34,566 nucleotides of DNA from Seison nebaliae. Its lineage: Eukaryota. The notes beneath the pieces are model-generated. The model had not been told where the DNA came from and did not search any database. It worked only from the letters and a program-made list of their open reading frames with translations. Every line of letters starts with the position of its first letter. The first letter of the stretch is position 1. Location of the stretch: contig JALJEE010001729.1 in assembly GCA_023231475.1 (NCBI GenBank), forward strand, positions 1 through 34,566, read 5' to 3'. This document shows, in pieces, positions 30,661 through 34,566 of this stretch. Both the position numbers and the translations under genes were made by a program.

Positions 30661-32543
30661 ATGCATTCTTCCATAGTCAATAGTTTAATGGAATCACATA
30701 GTGCTGCTTATGGAGAATGTCAACATTCGACCAAACGAATATTATCTGACATCTTAACTATTAGTACAATTTCTGATAAATCAATTAAAGGAATACCTCC
30801 AACTGTTACAATTCCACAGTACCACTCTACTCACTATGATGTTCAATTCTCGAGTAATTATCGTCATTTGTCTTTCAGTCACATTAAGACTGAATGTCCA
30901 TCCACGGTCTATGTGCCTTGCTGTTTGAATGAAGAGGGATATCATTTTGTTACGATTACAAATCCTCGTACATCATTCCTAAGTCAGAAATTGCCATTGT
31001 CAGAATTTCATACAGTCATATTATCAAAAGATCCAAAATCTTTCGATAAAGTTTAATTTTCATCATTTTCGTCAACTGATTAAAACTTATTGTTCCTTTT
31101 CAGCATCGGGAACAATGCAAAAATATTTGTTTAAGGAATTTCTACTTTATCTTAAAAGAGAATGAACCAACACCAGTAAAAGCAGTTCAATATTTAACCA
31201 GCTTCAAAGAGTCGGTCCTTTCAACCGCCATACCGATGGAAGAGAAGAAAGATACTTCATCTAAAATTTTGAATATTTTGTTGTTGAACGACAAGTCAGA
31301 AAATGATGAGAAGAAATTGGTCAAATTCTTACAACAGTTCCCTATTTTTCAAAAGAAGAACCCTAATCTCCTCTTAGAATTGATGCGACGAGTGGAAATC
31401 CTCGATTTATCTCCAATGACGGAGTTAATACGACCAAACGAACCATTAACTTCCATTTATATCATTCTTCAGGGGGAAGTACATGAGATGTTTTCTAACT
31501 GTCTCGAACAATTCATTATAACCACAAAAATATACCGACCATTGACCATTATTAATCAATTGACTTATACCAATCGTTTATTCGGTTTAGGAAAAACAGA
31601 AACTCAAATTGACCGAAGTACCGATATTACTCTCGTACAGCATAGTTGGTTCATATGCGTTAATGAACTTTGGCCTGTTATAGAAAATGTTATTTTATTG
31701 AAAGTACCCTACGATGACTACAATGACATTTCAGTATTGGAAAATGATTCCTTAATAAACGAACCTCAGTATTCTGTATTGACTCAATGGAAATTTGCTA
31801 GTTGTTTCTCTCTTAATACTTTATATCGGATTGCACAAATGAGCTGTTTGATTTGTGCTCGGAACTCTTCCAAATTCCTCCCCCTAAATAAGAATTATAA
31901 AGTTTCTGAAGACGTTGACAAACATAAAATTGAACAGCAGAATACATATGTAAATATTATCGTTCGTGGAACAATTGGTGCCGTAATGTTTATAGAATGG
32001 CAACGTGTTTTTCACGCGTTCGCCGGAGATCTCTATGCCAGTGATCAGAAACCAGCCATTGCACATCCATTAAACATAAACATGAATGGTACCTCAACTG
32101 AAATTGATTCCCATAACGATAAATTAACATTAACTGGGAAGAAAATGACAAAAAGAATGAGACAATTTACGGCAGGTGCTCGACGAATTATGAGTAATCC
32201 GAAAGCAGGTACATATAAAGCAGATTTTTACTCTCCCAAAATTCTTTTTAAGTTAACTGAAAATTACATGTTCTTGTCCAGTAAAGATAACGAATATTTT
32301 GGATTCATTGTTGTGACCGGACCAGTGCAAATTATACGATTGAAGTGGGATGATTTTAGACATTGTATCAAAGAATCAAAATTTTGTGAAGCTTACTATC
32401 AGCTGGAAACCGTTAATGAAATTATGATACGTCTTAATGAGCTTGCAGTCAGCAAAAAAGCATTTAAAAAGTTTCATGAAAAACATTGGCGGCGTATGTC
32501 GGAATTGTGGAATCCAAGATTTACTGAAGTATTAAGGAAGTAA
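30661..32543 (+). CDS. Cyclic nucleotide-binding-like domain protein (CNBD1/2-like), ~609 aa; exons 30661-31050, 31104-32543
   Basis: A 53-nt GTT..CAG intron joins the two ORFs in frame. FLQQFPIFQ..NPNLLLELMRRVEILDLSPMTELIRPNEPLTSIYIILQGEV fits the start of a CNB domain, and a second degenerate repeat appears at NIIVRGTI. Confidence 0.65.
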
Positions 32544-32893
32544 CTATATTCACTCATTTTATTTATTTATAAAGAGAAGAAAGTATGTCGTTGCAACTTA
32601 CAATATTGTTCTTACGTTCTTATGTTATTTATTCTTTTATTATTGTTAGTAGAATGTTATATCACAATCTAAATTATGCAGTAAATTTTAATTCGTAACA
32701 TTTATTAAGTTATGCACGCTTAACCACTTCTGTTTTACAGTGAAAATTTCACTTTTACACCCAAAAAGTTTTAAAAAGTTTTTCTTTGTTTATTTAAATT
32801 AAATATCCTGTTGTGAAATTAAGAAAAAACAAAAATTATTCAATGATGAAACGTTGTCTGTTATTGGGAGATCAGAGCTGTCAGAGATCAGAG

Positions 32894-33056
32894 AATTTTC
32901 CGCTTTGTTTTAATACGATCGATCTTGATTGTTGAAATTGGCCGTTTTCATAAGACGAACGACCTCCGTAACTTTCTCTTGATTTTCAGAGGAAATTTCA
33001 ACAATTTAACTTTCTTTTGCAACCAGCTCATTTCTCAACATTAAAATTGCTTGATC
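32894..33056 (+). repeat. Dispersed repeat copy 2 (partner at 3631-3793); coiled-coil coding relic on minus strand
   Basis: About 86% identical to 3661-3793 over 133 ungapped nt. The minus strand reads DQAILMLRNELVAKES*IVEISSENQEKVTEVVRLMKT. Confidence 0.9.
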
Positions 33057-33357
33057 TTTCCCAGGTACAATTTCCTGTAATTGTTAAATTTCATACAATT
33101 TCAGAAGTGACATAATTTATTTAAAAAATCGCAACAAACAAAATATGTTTATATTTAGGAATTTTCATAAGGATAGGTAATCAATCGGCCTAAAATGTTG
33201 TCTTTGGAAATTTTAGGGATTGAAGAAACTTTGTTTCTTATGATCATTACTTATTTCTTTGAATATTTCTTTCAATATAATAATAATGATAATAAATTTT
33301 TGATTTGAATTAAAGGAAGTTTGCTTATTCTTATAAATTTGAAAATTATAATTTTCA

Positions 33358-34330
33358 TTGAGAAAGGTTTGACAACCTTTAAAAAATGAATTTGTCTCCC
33401 AATATGAAGATCAATAAAGCAAAATGGAATTTTTTTCAATCCGAAATAAATTTTGTAGGCCACAAAATTTCTTCAAATGGTATCGAGCCGCAGGAATCGA
33501 AAGTCGCAGCCATCATTGACGCCGAAGTTCCCCAAAATAAGAAATCACTTCAATCTCTACTTGCAGCAACAAATTATCTATGTCGATTGATACCGAATTA
33601 TGCTATGAAAACATCAAATTTGTACTCTCTATTGAAAAAGAACTGTGTTTTTAAGTGGACTGACAAAAAGTGGACTTGTGAGAAAGAAGATTAAAAATTC
33701 ATTGACGACAGCACCGGTATTGATTGTGCCGAAATTTGGAAAACCGTTCTTCATGTTCACGGACGCATCTATGAATGCCATAGGTACTGTATTAATGCAG
33801 GAAACCTCCGAAAACATCCTACAACCAATCATATATGTAAAAAGTTATCGAAAAGTGAACGAAATTGGCTAATAAATGAAATTTAAGCTTTCAGCATATT
33901 CGCATGGGTCAAAAAATTGCGACATTATCTTTTCGGTCAAAAAATTACCGTATTTAACGATAATGCTTACGCTACGAAGTTCCTCAGGTTCCTGAGTTCC
34001 ATTCATAACGCAAAAGCAATTTCGATGGAAACAATATCTCCAAGAGTTCGATATCACAATCCAACACATTTCCGGAAAATCCAACTTCTTGGCGGATTAT
34101 CTTTCATGAAGTGTAAATGCAATAAGATCGACGATAAACGAATCCGACGGGCAACTACATCAAGCTCAAAATAATATGAAAAATTCAATATATGATCTTA
34201 ATTCAATTGATTGGAAACGGGCCCAAGAACAGAACTGAGATATCACGAAAATGATTGAATCGAGCCGTAATTCGCATGAATTTCGCATGATTGATAGCAT
34301 CGTCTTTCGAAAGAAAAATTTACTATTTTC
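33358..34330 (+). mobile_element. Decayed Ty3/Gypsy LTR retrotransposon pol fragment (RT C-terminus, RNase H, linker to integrase)
   Basis: KWNFFQSEINFVGHKISSNGIEP..KVAAI...NYLCRLIPNYA...LLKK..FKWT, then LTTAPVL..P.FGKPFFMFTDASMNAIGTVLMQ, RHYLFGQKITV and RWKQYLQEFDITIQHISGKSNFLADYLS*. Several frameshifts and stops; no LTR seen. Confidence 0.92.
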
Positions 34331-34566
34331 TGATAAAATGGCCGAGTCGTTAAATTAGTGTCTATAATGGAGGAAAAGTCATGTATTACAAATCAATGGG
34401 TTCATGATGGCATATGTGATTTTTGGATTGTATTACGGTTTAACCGAAAGAAATATTTTTTTATCGGACTGAAGACTAAATTTCACAAAATCCGAAAAAA
34501 GTTAATTTCTTTCAGACAATCCGAAAAGATTATAATTATTAAAAAGTTAAAACATTTTTTTCAGAT

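Noticed and set aside
32720..32730. TTAACCACTT resembling a piggyBac end
   Set aside because: No matching inverted terminus or transposase was found in the window.

Overview
AT-rich eukaryotic (metazoan) DNA from a very compact genome, read with the standard genetic code. The window has three zones. (1) 1-~5.1 kb is a transposon graveyard: a decayed MULE/Mutator transposase, a Tc1/mariner HTH fragment, a sub-repeated TIR-like array, a ~190-bp inverted repeat and decayed coiled-coil ORFs. (2) ~5.2-32.5 kb holds about 13 protein genes: Maelstrom, an apparently intronless glycogen debranching enzyme AGL, ZFAND4/ANUBL1, an orphan type-I membrane protein, NSE1, PPIL3, RPL27A, a possible TEDC1-like gene, a coiled-coil gene, a class A GPCR, NELF-E, an acyl-protein thioesterase and a cNMP-binding-domain protein. 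(3) From 32.6 kb on there is a second copy of the coiled-coil relic and a decayed Ty3/Gypsy pol. I reconstructed 24 introns by hand. All are 41-84 nt, and 21 of 24 begin GTT instead of the usual GTA/GTG. Gene packing is extreme: NSE1 and PPIL3 share one TTAA that provides both stop codons, two divergent ATGs are 11 nt apart, two convergent CDSs overlap by 12 nt, and one tandem pair is 47 nt apart with an unpaired acceptor (possible operon/trans-splicing). Gene names come from motif recognition by eye, with no database searches. The organism is not identifiable with certainty; a small-genome non-nematode invertebrate such as a syndermatan is an unverified guess.
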